The notes under the pieces were generated by a model. That model was given only the letters and a program-made list of their open reading frames with translations. It was not told the DNA's origin and did not search any database. From contig OZ245922.1 in the NCBI GenBank assembly GCA_965229705.1, positions 300,001-332,000 of the forward strand: a stretch of DNA of 32,000 nucleotides, written 5' to 3'. Below are positions 1 to 11,884 of the stretch, piece by piece. Numbering within the stretch: position 1 is the stretch's first letter; each line of letters opens with the position of its first letter. Made by a program: the position numbers and the translations under genes. Origin of the DNA: Candidatus Saccharimonadota bacterium. Lineage in GTDB: Bacteria; Patescibacteriota; Gracilibacteria; BD1-5; UBA6164.

Positions 1-470
1 TTGAAGAAGTATTTCTTGCAGACTTTTCTCATAAAAAACGATTTTTTGCTCATGAAAATCTTGTGATTTCTCCAGAAACATCACGAAAACAACTCACAAA
101 TCTTGTGCGTTCAGCACAAAATACACTCGATATATATTTTCCTTATGTTGCAGATGATGCGTTTCAATATGAACTTTTTTCTGCGTCTGATAGATGAGTG
201 AGAGTGAGATTTATCACAGAAAAAGGATTTTATGAAGACGCAGAAAATGTAGTATTATTAGAAGAATTTTACAGAAAGGGGATAGAAGTCTTTCCTATAA
301 AAAAATATAAACTCCACGTGAAAGCAATTCTTGCAGATGAAGAAGTCTTGTATATTGGGAGTATAAATTTTTCTCGTTATAGCTTTGATGAAAATCGAGA
401 AATAGGAATACTCCTCAAAGAGCAGGAAATTATTTCTCAATTTCTTGAATTGTATAACAATGACTTGTAA
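1..470 (+). CDS. Phospholipase D-like HKD-motif protein, C-terminal part (5' end outside window)
   Basis: Frame 3 is open from the window edge to TAA 468-470. TGA 193-195 read as Gly joins ...FSASDR-G-VRVRFITEK. HKD signature LHVKAILADEEVLYIGSINFS (H-x-K-x4-D...G-S-x-N). Confidence 0.75.
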
Positions 471-572
471 ATATATTTTGTATTTTGACAAGTTTTTTTT
501 CTTTCTTCTAGTGTTCATAGCGCTTTCATTTCGTACAATACGGAGAATATTATTTATTATTATCACGCTGGT

Positions 573-3245
573 ATGTTTATACGGATACTTTCGAGTATTA
601 TTATATTTTTGTTTTTTATCTTTGTTATTTTTTTTACTTTCTTTCAAGAGAGTAGAGATATTGAGAGTATTGATATCTCTTTTCCTTGAGGTGTCTGAGA
701 AATATATTTGAATGAAGATAAAGGAGCATGGGGGAAGAGCTTTTCTCTTTTTGAGACTCTTTATACCCCGAGCAGAGATACAGAGCTCACAGATTTGTAT
801 GACGATGCAACAACGAGTATAAAACTTTCTCAGTCGCAGTGAGAGTTTGTGAGTTCACTCAGGGACTTACGAAAAAAGTATTATTTTATCACTGATGGAC
901 TTATTGCAACACAGTCATGACCAGGAGAAGTATATTTCCGGAGGGAAGAAACAGGAGAAATATTGCTCTTTCCTCTCAATACGAGTCTTGATCTCAAGCT
1001 TGTTTCTTCTCAAGGAGAGACATATACCTCTATGTATCTGTATCCCCATATGTATTTGCGTTTTCATCCTCTGAAGTGAAAATTTCTCAAAAATGCTGAT
1101 AGAGTCCGTATAGAAACAGTTTATGAGTTATGATTTGTTGGAGATATTAGAGATATCGAAGAACTACCCGATCCGAATATACGGCTAGGAGAAAAACTGA
1201 TTCTTCAAAGTAGTTTTCTTCGAGAAGTACAGTCTTATATCCTGCAAGTACAAGACATATCTGAGCAAAAGCTTGCAGATATGTTGGAGGCAAGGATATT
1301 TTCTCTTAGGGGAATGTCTATGATACAAGACTATATGACGATTTTTCTTAATGAAGAAAAGAAGCTCATATATTATCAAAACCAGGCTCTCGCATCTTTT
1401 TTGAAAAGAATACGCTCAGACTCATACGATACTACTCTTATTCTCGCTGGAGAACGAGATGAAAAAATACTAAAAAAATATAGTGACGAATGATACCAGC
1501 AGCTCAAAGAAGTGCAAGATACTCTTCTCGCGCATATCTTTATGAGTCCAGATAAAGATATGATAAACTCAAAGCTCAACTTCCTTGGAGAAGCAACGGC
1601 AAATGGAAAATCATTTTTTCCTCTGTATACCTATAGCCTCTTTAAAACCTATCACAATACAAGTGTTCTTCAGCAGGAGATACTCAAGAAGTATTTTGAT
1701 GCTTTTCAAATATGGAGTCTCGATATGCCACCATTAGCAAGAGACTATTTTCTCTTCTTCCTCGAAGCTCAAATAACTCATCATCTTTCAGGGGAATATA
1801 CTACTGAAAACTTCGACTATATACGACTCCTATTATGAGAATATTTTGAAATATCATCTGAGTTATATGCTCAAGATAAAAAATCACGAATAACAGCGCT
1901 ATTTATCTATGAAACAATACTGAGAGAGGTTTCTCTATATTTGAGGAAAAACTTCTTTGAGGTGAAAAGAGATGGACAAATACTTCTTCTCAGTAGTGAT
2001 GTGCAAATGGATTCACAGGGACTTTCAGATATGAAAAAGTTTTTCCAAGATATAACACTATTTTTTGAAGAAAATAAGAGCTTTCTCAATAAAAATCAGT
2101 GACGAGATGCAGAAATCTATAACGGATTTTTAGAACTACAAAAAAGCTACGAAGAATACCTCGATGCTCTTACAAATTATGAGTCTTATAAGAGTAAATA
2201 TGATACTTCAAGAAAAAACTTGCTCGACTTTAATGTTGATGGTGAAGATCAGGGAATACAACTCTCGCGAGAAGATTTTTTCGCATACATGAATAACTTT
2301 AAAGGGCTATCTTTTTCTTGAACTTCTGTAGAGATTATTGATAATCGCTATTATCAGGTGAAAAATATGCAGGTGTTTGGGAGAAAAATCAGCTTTGATC
2401 TTTATCCAAGTTCTCTCTACACTATCAAAAATATATATATAGATCAGCAGAGAAGACCACAAGAGTATAAGCTCGATCTTATTGAACAAGAGTGGGATAA
2501 TAATTTCAAAATAGCCGCACCTTCAGAAAAAGACCAATACGACTTTTCTCGTTTTTTCCTTATAAGTCTTTTATGACAAACCGTTGCAAAAAACTCTGTA
2601 GAAGTGTTGGATGATGTAGGGGTGAAAAGCGCAGAGGATAAAACAGAAATCGTATTTAAGCGTAGCAAACTCTTATGAGAGGGAAGTGAGTTATGAGAGT
2701 TTGAGTCTTTGCAAAACTTTTTAAATATTGAGTATGAAGATATTTTTCTTGAACGACAGGGAGATGAGTACCGAGTCTTTCTTGAAGAAGTTGATTTTTC
2801 TCTTCAGGCACCAAACTCTCGCAAAATTTTTTCATGAGTACTGCGTTCAGAATACAACCTGAAAAGCTCATCAAGATCTTTTCAAGACATGGAAATACAG
2901 TTTTATGTAGATAAGAAAAATATTTCACGAGGATATCTCTTGAAAGGTATACGCGTATCACTTGTATCAATAAAAAAACAAGACCTCGCCTGAGTAATAG
3001 GAAAGATTATTGAAGATATTCCAGATATCGAAAATATACTCGTGTACCTTGATCGCTCGTCATATGAAGAAGAAAAAATAGTATTTATCCCATGATTAGG
3101 AGTATATAAATACGACTTCATTGATGAGCAAAACAAAAAAGTCTCTCTGAGTTTTGACAGAGTGAGTAAAACTTTTACCCTCGTTATAGATGGGAAAAAG
3201 TATAGCGGAGTTACATTTGATACTTTAAAAAAATATTTATTTTAA
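573..3245 (+). CDS. Large (890 aa) membrane-anchored hypothetical protein, no family recognised
   Basis: Frame 3 has no TAA/TAG from ATG 573 to TAA 3243-3245. In-frame TGAs (e.g. 687-689, 696-698, 840-842, 1491-1493, 1836-1838, 2574-2576) read as Gly join ORF-track pieces 1281-1493, 1512-1838 and 2358-2576. N-terminal hydrophobic helix MFIRILSSIIIFLFFIFVIFFTFF. The stop lies 2 nt before the next start. Confidence 0.7.
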
Positions 3246-3247
3246 CT

Positions 3248-3442
3248 ATGAAGAAAAAGAAAAACTATATGGCAAAGCTTGGAGCTCTTATTGCGCTTCT
3301 TGCTATCTTTGCTAGCATTATAGGGACGGCAGTTATTTTTATCCTTGGGAGTACACATACATCATCAGTGCAAGAAATGTCTCAAGAAGAGATATATGAT
3401 TTGCTAGAAGATTTTCCCGAAGATATCAACCCTCAAGAATAA
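3248..3442 (+). CDS. Small (64 aa) single-pass membrane protein with acidic tail
   Basis: The ATG lies 2 nt after the upstream stop. TM helix KLGALIALLAIFASIIGTAVIFILG, acidic C-terminus EEIYDLLEDFPEDINPQE, TAA stop. Confidence 0.5.
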   Translation: MKKKKNYMAKLGALIALLAIFASIIGTAVIFILGSTHTSSVQEMSQEEIYDLLEDFPEDINPQE

Positions 3443-3463
3443 TTTTACTTTATCTATAATAAT

Positions 3464-3958
3464 ATGAAAAAATTTTTACGCGAACTGGTGCATGATGAGA
3501 CTTTTGAATTGCTCATTGATACTTCTCTTTTCTCCGAAGAGATTATTATGAATGCCGCATTTAACCTGCAAAATCTCGGATATTTTAGTTTCCAAAAAAA
3601 TGAAGATGCTCGTATGATACTGAGTTTTACTCGAAAGTCAGGTGTGAAACTTCCAGCAAAAGAAATCCTTGGAAGATACAATAACCAATTACTCGAAGTA
3701 GCTCTCAGGGACAAAGTAGAAAAACAAAATAAAACTATACGAGAGGCTATTGTTCTCAAGGCTCTTACAGGACCTTTAGATTCTCAAAACTTTGTTTCTT
3801 TTGATAGTGACGAGATAGTTCAGGATGTTGCAGGTGGTAAAAACAGTAGTAACTCTCCAAAAAAGAAATCCAAAAACACTGCAACAAAACTCAAAAAACC
3901 TCAGATTAGCACAAATACAAAAGCGCTAAAAAACGCCAAAAAACAATTCACACAATAA
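3464..3958 (+). CDS. HxsD-like protein (His-Xaa-Ser system accessory protein family), Lys-rich C-terminal tail
   Basis: Intact 164-aa ORF ending 2 nt before the radical SAM gene. The segment RYNNQLLEVALRDKVEKQNKTIREAIVLKAL resembles the LLNDYxLRE motif that names the HxsD family. Context: radical SAM and His-x-Ser protein genes follow directly. The family call comes from memory of the motif, not from a search. Confidence 0.55.
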   Translation: MKKFLRELVHDETFELLIDTSLFSEEIIMNAAFNLQNLGYFSFQKNEDARMILSFTRKSGVKLPAKEILGRYNNQLLEVALRDKVEKQNKTIREAIVLKALTGPLDSQNFVSFDSDEIVQDVAGGKNSSNSPKKKSKNTATKLKKPQISTNTKALKNAKKQFTQ

Positions 3959-3960
3959 CT

Positions 3961-5418
3961 ATGACTCTTACACATAAAGATATAAACAATCTCAATACAG
4001 AATTGCTTGGACATTTTCGTTTTCGGAAAATGCCTCATGGAAGTTATTTGATTACTAACGATGCCGGAAAGTATCATTTTTTTTCTGAGAACAGTTTTCG
4101 GAAGTTTCTTCGTGGAGATATATCACAGCAGGATATGATCACGCTTACAGGAAAGGGTTTTATCAAAGACGAACTTTATGAGTCTCGCATGGTGGAGTAC
4201 TATAGATCTCGAACATGATTTGTTGGGAAAGGTCCCACACTTCACATGATGGTGATCACGCTGAGATGTAACCATCATTGTCGTTATTGTCATGCGGCAG
4301 TTGCTCCAGTAACCGCGACACAGTATGATATGACGCAAGAGACAGCAAAAAAGTGTGTTGATACGATACTTCATACCAACGCAGAGAGTCTTACTATCGA
4401 GTTTCAGTGATGAGAAGCACTTTTAAACTGGGAAGTATTACAATTTATCGTGGAGTACGCGACGACTATGGCAAAGCATCTTTCAAAGAGTGTGCACTTT
4501 GCTTTGGTGACTAATCTGACACTTATGACGGAAGAAAAACTGAAATGGCTTATGGATCGCCATATTTCTATTTCTACCAGTCTTGATGGAGATAAGGTCA
4601 ATCATAATCATAATCGTACGGGCTATGAGGGAGATAGCTATGACAGAGTGAGTTATTGGATACAGCGTATTCACGAGGTGCGAGCAGAAAAAAATATGTG
4701 ACCACTCGGGGCGCTCCTCACAGTAACTCGGAGAAATATGCCAGACTATAAAAATATTATAGAAGGGTATAGAAAACTTGGCCTCAATAGCATCTTTCTC
4801 AGATGGCTCAACCCCTACGGTTTTGCTGCATCTGATCTAGAGTCTCTTGCCTATAGTATGGATGAGTGGCTTGAGTTTTATATACAGTCTATGGAGTATA
4901 TTTTAGATCTCAATAAGCAGTGAGTTTTTTTTACAGAGCAAATAACGACGGTATATCTTATGAAGATTCTCTTTGATAGAGATCCTTGATATATGGATAT
5001 ACGCAATCCAAGTGGAATCGCTATATGAGGTGTTGCATATAATTATGATGGAAAAATATATGCCAGTGACGAGAGCCGCATGCTTGGTCGAATGGGTATG
5101 GAAGATTTTTTGATGACGCCGATGCAGGAAACGGGAGCAGAGACCTATAGTGCGATGATAGAGAGCGATATTACGAAGATTGCCGTACAATCGAGCTGTC
5201 TTGATGGTCTTCCTGGGTATGATACGCATGCATATAAACCATATTTTGGAGTGGATATTATCCATAACTTCAAGATGTATAACTCTTTGTTTTGTGCTCT
5301 TGCAGAAGATGAAAAGATGCAATTACAGATAGGAGTTTTGGATTATATTTTTGACAAACTTGAGCGTGATCCTGAGGCAAGAAAGATTTTTCATTCGTGG
5401 GTATGAATACAGGTATAA
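3961..5418 (+). CDS. Radical SAM enzyme (485 aa), HxsB/HxsC-like peptide maturase candidate
   Basis: Frame 1 is continuous once TGAs are read as Gly, joining track ORFs 3961-4218, 4450-4701, 4738-4923 and 5080-5406. CxxxCxxC cluster CNHHCRYC at 4267-4290. SAM-binding Q-GG-E has both Gly encoded by TGA TGA (4408-4413). Maturase-like NYDGKIYASDESRMLG follows. Only two Cys occur in the C-terminal ~200 aa. Ends TAA 5416-5418. Confidence 0.85.
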
Positions 5419-5427
5419 CTAAAATAT

Positions 5428-5925
5428 ATGATGAAAAATAGAGGAAAACAACAAAACTTTCTGCGAGGGTTACTGACTCCTGAGAGCCTATTGATTACCA
5501 AAAAGACGACTCTGAGTATGCTCGCGTGATGAGTTGTGCTTTCAAACATGGGTTCTGCAGAGGCAGGTACATCAAAACCAACATGTTATGATGTAAAGAT
5601 CAATCCTATAAGTGAGGACGATGTCTATGGTCACTATAGTGGGAATAAATGATGAAGCGCCAAGGCAAAATGTCCTTCGGGGGCAACGGCACAAAATATC
5701 TCTTGTAGAGTGGATGTATGACATGCTAGTGGTGTAGTGAACGGGCATTTTAGTGTGACTCCGAGCCATACAACCTCTTCTGAATGAAGCTGTCATTCGA
5801 GTCACAGTGATAGCCATGGGAATAATGATTACACACATCAGAATGGTAATACATGGAAAGATAGTAATGGAAATCCAGTAAAAGATAGTAACGGGAATCC
5901 AGTTTTAGGAGGTTGATGATGGTAA
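5428..5925 (+). CDS. His-Xaa-Ser repeat protein (HxsA-like), putative radical-SAM substrate
   Basis: 165-aa frame-1 ORF visible only with TGA=Gly; the standard-code track shows only an antisense ORF here. Signal-like N-terminus ...TTLSMLAGGVVLSNMGSAEA. Repeats GHYS (5629-5640), GHAS (5719-5730, Gly=TGA), GHFS (5743-5754) and CHSSHSDSHG (5791-5820). Tandem KDSNGNPV x2, tail LGGGGW, TAA 5923-5925. Confidence 0.65.
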
Positions 5926-5945
5926 TATGAAAAGAGTAAAAAAAT

Positions 5946-5973
5946 TTGACATAAAATAAAAAATAATTATAAA
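5946..5973 (+). promoter_or_regulatory. Putative sigma70-type promoter (TTGACA, 16-nt spacer, TATAAA)
   Basis: TTGACA at 5946-5951 and TATAAA at 5968-5973, directly upstream of the lipoprotein gene. The -10 sits so close to ATG 5978 that ATG 6005 may be the real start. Confidence 0.35.
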
Positions 5974-5977
5974 ATTT

Positions 5978-6553
5978 ATGCGTATATCTATTAAAAAATT
6001 CTTTATGAAATCATTAGTATTTGGTGCTACCTGCGCAGTTCTTGCCTGATGTTCTTCGAGTGGATGAGGAAATAAGCATGTAAGTGATGTAACTCAGTTT
6101 GAGTTTGATACTACGAAGGGCACTTACAATGTCGCCTGCGATGATCAGTACTCTCAAATACAAGATACAGCATTTACTGTTGCTCAGGGAATTACTGCTT
6201 GTATATGACAAGAAGAAGTTTCTCAAATCCAAACTACAACATGATCTTGTTACTTACGAAACTCAGAAGATTTTTGGAATACTATTTCACAAACTCCTGT
6301 GAGTCTATGAGACACAAAAACTGAGCAACTCAATTATGAATTTTCTAGCAGAAGTGCACCCGTATTTACTGATAAAAATGGAGATGAATCTTATGGGAGA
6401 AAATATAAACTTGCGGCGAATACTCTCAATGGAAACTTAGAAGAGATGGTTATCTATCAAGATGGAGAAGCTCCGCACTTCTTGGATATAGCTCAGAGTC
6501 AGTTTCTTTCGTTTGCAAATTGTATCCTTGCTCACAAAGTAGATAACAACTAA
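5978..6553 (+). CDS. Lipoprotein, hypothetical
   Basis: Frame 2 ORF with TGA=Gly, ending TAA 6551-6553. Signal peptide MKSLVFGATCAVLA-G-C with lipobox L-A-G-C whose Gly is a TGA codon. Alternative start ATG 6005. Confidence 0.7.
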
Positions 6554-6603
6554 ACTCTTCATTTCCATAAGGAAACCCAATATTCACACTTCTTTTTATC
6601 TAA

Positions 6604-6638
6604 AATAAGCGAAAAAAACATTCGCTTATTTTTTTTTC
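6604..6638 (+). terminator. Rho-independent terminator
   Basis: Perfect 10-bp stem AATAAGCGAA (6604-6613) / TTCGCTTATT (6621-6630), 7-nt loop, followed by a T-run from 6631. Confidence 0.75.
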
Positions 6639-6678
6639 TTCTTATAATTCTGCAAAGATATTTTTTTACACATATATA

Positions 6679-8631
6679 ATGAAGAAGATTATCACACTTT
6701 GCCTCTTATCGAGCTTACTGCTTAGTTCGTGCTTCAATTGAGATGGAAATAACGGTTCAGAAGAAAAGCAGAAAAAGGATTTTTATATCCAAACACAACT
6801 CTGAGGAGATTTTCTTGCAAATCCCACAATACTCAAAACATGAAGAGTGAGTGCCCGTAGCGAACTGACACTCGTATCAAACGCCTCAGGAAGAGTAGAA
6901 AATATCCTGGTAAAATCTGGTGACCAAGTACAAAGAGGGCAGGCACTTATATCGCTCTGAGATACCATTGCCAGTTATGGGAATAATCTTGAACGATCTT
7001 CCCTTGCGCTTGAAACAGCAAAAAATAACTATAATTCTAACAAAATCTCTCTTGATAAGCAAGTAAGTGATGCGAAGATATCTCTTGATAATGCAAAAAG
7101 AAGCCTCGCAACCTATGAAAGTGATACAGAGAAGAATATTGAACTCGTTACAGATACGGCAGAAAATGCTGATCTTAGCGATGCAGATTCATCAGCAAGA
7201 CTCCAAATAGAACAACTCACAAATAATATAGAGAAAGCCAAACTTGATTTTGATATTCGAAAGATTAGTGATGAGCAACAAGTAGGATCAATCATAAACT
7301 CCAGCAGAGATCAACTTAACGCGCTGAGTCTCTTGTTTATAGATGTATTGCAGTTTAGTGATGAGCTTCTAGGTGTGAGTGAGGCAAACAGAGACCTCAA
7401 TGATGATTATCAAGACTTTCTCTGAGCCCAAGATAAAAATCAAAAAAACCTCTCAGAAAAAAAGCTGAAAGAACTCCTTGATATAAAATCTTCATGAGTT
7501 TTTTATGATATAGAACAAAAGATAGATGACGAAATGTCAGAAGCAGAAATACTAGAAGTCCTCGATTTTATTCAGGAAATGTATATTTCTACAAAGAGTA
7601 TGCTCAGTATGCTGGAAGAAACTATCAATAATTCCCTGAGAAGTGAAGGAAGTCTTTGAGATACTGAAATAGACACATTTCTTGCCACTCTTAATGGATA
7701 CCAATCATCACTTCAAGGAAATCTTACAGGATTTACCAGTTTCCTTACCCAAACAGAGAGCTTTCTCGCAACATACAAACAGTCTCAACAGTCTCTTCTC
7801 AAGTCTATAGAACTGCAAGAAAAAGATAGAGAAATACAAATAAAGAATCTCCAAAGCTCTAATACAAGTGCGCAAATAGGATTAGATAGAACAGAGCTCA
7901 ACTCAAACGATACGCTCGAAAATCTCAAAAACTCTGTGAATATCGCTCAAACAAATTATGATGTAGCTGTAGAAAATAGAGCATCAAACTTAAGGAACCT
8001 TCAAAATAGTATTGATGATGCAACACTTGGATACAATACCGCTCTCAGGGAATACAAAAAACTTACTATCAACGCACCATCTACGGGAGAAATTCGTACA
8101 ATATTTGCTCAACAGTGACAAGAAGTTGCTCCAGGAACAGCTCTTATTGAAATGGTATGAAATGCAGGAATACGCATCGAGCTGACTCTTAGCGCTGCTG
8201 AAAAAGCACTGATGTCTCTCTGAGATACAGCAAAAGTTTCCATAGGAGATACCAGCTATGATGCCTATGTCCATGCTCTGTCTGATGTCGCAGATAAAAA
8301 TTTTAATTATTATACAGAAATATATTTCGAAAGTTCAGAGAATATTCCTCTCTGAGTCCTCGCGAAAGTAGAACTCATTTCACAAAAAAAGAAAATTCTC
8401 TTTCCACTCTCGAGCGTTGAAACTCTCGGAGACAATAAAGGAGAAGTAAATATCTATAACTCAGAACTAGGGGCACTTGAACAACTACGCTTAGAACTCT
8501 GAAGTATTTATGATGAAAATATTGAAATACTCTCGTGTGATGAACTTTGTCAAAGTGCTCGCATTATCACAAACGATATTTCAAAATATGATGAAAATAT
8601 ATTTAGTATTGTAGAACAAATTTATGAATAA
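6679..8631 (+). CDS. RND efflux membrane-fusion (periplasmic adaptor, HlyD-like) lipoprotein, 650 aa with very long coiled-coil insert
   Basis: Frame 1 checked line by line: no TAA/TAG until 8629-8631. Lipobox LLLSSC. Lipoyl-like segment GRVSARSELTLVSNASGRVENILVKSGDQVQRGQALISL and distal LTINAPSTGEIRTIFAQQGQEVAPGTALIEMV. About 350 aa of heptad-like sequence lies between them. Overlaps the RND pump gene by 8 nt (ATGAATAA). Confidence 0.8.
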
Positions 8632-11600
8632 ACTGAAAAAAGGATTTTTTACATTTTGGATCGAGAACTATAAGCTTTCTTTTCTTTTCTTGCTCCTGAT
8701 TGTTATCGCTGGTTCGGTTTCTTTGATACAAATACCAAAGGAATCCAGCCCTGATATCAAGTTTGGTATCATATCTATTACGACGCAGTACACGTGAGTG
8801 AATCCTGTAGATATAGATAAACTTATCACAGAAAAGATAGAAGCAGAGATAGAAGATATCGAATGAATCAGTAGTATCGACTCAAACTCTTCTGTATGAT
8901 TGAGCTCTGTGACGGTAGAACTCGAAAATGGTATAGAGACTCGAGATGTGATGACAGATATCAGAGATCGAATAGACACTATTGCTTTTCCAAGTGACGC
9001 AGAAGATACAACAGTTCAAGATATATCTACAAAAAACCAACTGTTGTTTGAGGCGCTTTTATATAGTGAAAAAGATATTTCAAGATTTTCACTTCTTTCA
9101 AAAGCTCGAGTACTCCAAAGTGAGCTAGAGTGAAAATGAGGGATTGCAGAGATAAATTTCTGAGGTCAGGGCGGGGATGCTTTTTCTACGGGATCTGGAG
9201 ATGAGGATTATGAAATAAAGGTACGAGTATCATGAGAAAAACTTGAGTCTCTTGGTTTGACACTTGCATGACTTGCATCAACTCTTCGAGCGGAAAATGC
9301 TAATACCCCTCTTGGGAATTATGAACTGTGAGAACTCAGCTATGACTTTCGTTTTGATGGAGAGTTTCGTTCTCTTGAAGATATTGGGAATACCGTTGTT
9401 GCAGGTTCAGGAATATCGCTCGTAAAACTCAAAGATATTGCCACTCTCTCACGAGAATATGCTGATGACTCTATTAGTAGACTTTGAGCATATGAAGTAT
9501 CGGGATACAATTATGTGACACTCTCTTTCAATAAAAAAATCTGAGACAATGTGTTTCAGGTATCTGCTTCGGCGAAAAGAGAACTTGAAAATTTCCTTGA
9601 AACTACTCCATGATATGAAAACCTCAAGGTAAAATACTCTCAAGACTTATGAGAAATCATTATAGAAGACTACCAAAATCTTGCAGGAACAGCACTTCAA
9701 ACTCTGATCTTAGTATTTGTAATCATTTTTATTTTTGTATGATTTCGAGAGTCTTTGATCGCAAGTATTCTTCTTCCACTGGCGTTTTTTATTACCTTTA
9801 TGGTGCTTGATGGTATTGGTTTTTCTCTGAATTTTTTGACAAATTTTTCTCTGGTTCTGACGCTTGGTATCGCGATAGACACTATTATCGTCATCATTGA
9901 ATGAGCCTCTGAGAGACAAAAACTTTGATACAGTAGAAAAAATGCTGTTATCCTGGCAGTTCGGGACCTCAAGAGTCCTCTTATCAGTGGAACGGCAACA
10001 ACGCTTGTAGCTTTCCTCCCGATGATATTTCTTCCTTGAGTGTTATGAAGATTTTTATCATATATTCCGATAACAGTTTTTGTAACGCTTCTGTGAGCAC
10101 TCATACTTTCTCTTACTCTTGCTACAGCCCTTTTCTATAAGCTCTCAAAGAAAAAAACAGAGTTTCACAGAGACGCTTCTTGGGAAGAGTCTCTCTCTCA
10201 GGAAGAGGAAGATTTTCTTGTCTCAGAGAGAGAATGAAAAGCAGAAAAAAAAGAGTGACTCAACCTCAGAGAAAAATTTCTTAACTATATGGGAGAAGTA
10301 TATTGCTGAATGCTCTGAAGATTTTTGCGTTCTCGTATATCTCGTATTACATCGATTTGTATTCCTATAGTCTTACTTATACTTTCTTTTGTGGTTCTCT
10401 CACCAAAAATATGATTCATACTCTTTCCTGCTGCTGATGAGTGAGTGATAGAGATAACTATTGAGTCTCGAGAATGATCATCAAAAGAACGCCTTGAGAG
10501 ATATATTCCAAATCTTGAGGAACTTCTTTCTTCTTATGAGGAAATGAAAGTATTTTATGTGAGCCTACAAGCAAATGTGATGTCTGTATATATTGAACTA
10601 ACAAATTCTCAGACTCGTCAATCAGCAGGTCAAAGAGATGTGTTTGAGATAGAGAGAGATATTTTAGAAAAACTCGATTTTCTTCGCTCAGATGGACTGC
10701 TCGTTGAAGTAAAAACTGCACAAGGCTGACCAGCAACATGAGCTCCTGTTGGGATAAAGTTTCATGTACAACGAGCAGAAGATATCAACCTTATCAAAGA
10801 AGTTTCAGATGATTTTAAATCTTATCTCCAGACAGTAGAGGGAACAAAAAATGTTTCTGCTACTTCATCGGATACACCAGGACAATTTGTCTTTGTATTT
10901 GATAGAGAGGCGTTGGCATACTCATGACTTAAAGCCAGTGATTTATTATGAGAAATACGCCAAAGACTTGCTGGAGTGTCAGCCTGATCAGTAGGTTCTA
11001 CGTATGAGGACAATGATATTATTCTTTCTCTTGATGAGTTTGAGGATGGTGTTCGTCCATATCAGATTCTTGATCTAGAAATACCGACACAAGCAGGAAT
11101 GATTCGTATAGGAGACTATGCTTCCTATGAACTGATCCCTGGTCTCTCATCGATTACTCGAGAAAATGGAAAAATCACTATCGGAGTAAATTCTGATGTG
11201 CAACCATGAGTACTTCCAAGTGATATACAACCATGACTGATAGATTTTGCCGAGACATATATTTATCCTTCGGGTGTTTCGTATTCTGCTTGAGGAGAAA
11301 ATGAAGAAAATGCAGAGCTTATCAATGCTACACTTCAGTCGTTTTTTATCGCACTTTTTCTTATCTTTACAATACTCGTATTTCAGTTTAACTCCTACTC
11401 ACAGCCAGTAATTATCCTATACTCAGTAGTTCTCGCTCTTTTATGAGTAAATATTGGTCTTTTTGTTACGGGAAATCCCTATTCAATGACTTTTGGTATT
11501 TGATTTATTGCCCTTACTTGAGTTGTAGTAAATGATGCGATTATCTTGGTAGATAGGATTAATCGTAACCTTGATAGGCTCGTTCGTAATGCGGGGAATA

Positions 11601-11845
11601 AAAAATTGGTATTAGAAGACTATGTAAACTCTCTTGTCGCAGCAGGAAGATCTCGTCTTCAACCTATTATTGTTACGACACTCACTACACTTTTTTGAAT
11701 TCTTCCTTTAGCGCTTCAAGATGCTTTTTGGGCAGGTCTATGATATACGGTGATATTTGGTCTATTTACAGGGTCGTTTATGACACTCTTTATCATACCA
11801 GCATTGTACTACGCAATATATCTTGGAAAAAAGATGAATAGATAG
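8624..11845 (+). CDS. RND superfamily (AcrB/HAE-type) efflux transporter, 1073 aa
   Basis: Frame 2 is continuous with TGA=Gly and ends TAG 11843-11845. AcrB-like N-terminus FFTFWIENYKLSFLFLLLIVIAGSVSLIQIPKESSPDIKFGIISITTQYTGVNP. Two TM bundles (ALQTLILVFVIIFIFV..., FFIALFLIFTILVFQFNSYSQP...) separated by large soluble domains. Confidence 0.9.
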
Positions 11846-11884
11846 TTCTATAGATACAAATGTTTATAGATTTTAAGAATAGCT

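Noticed and set aside
445-711. 88-aa hydrophobic ORF after the PLD gene.
   Set aside because: It is a poly-T/Phe-rich low-complexity frame overlapping the start of the 890-aa gene in a different frame. With table 25 it reads through to 822 without gaining any motif.
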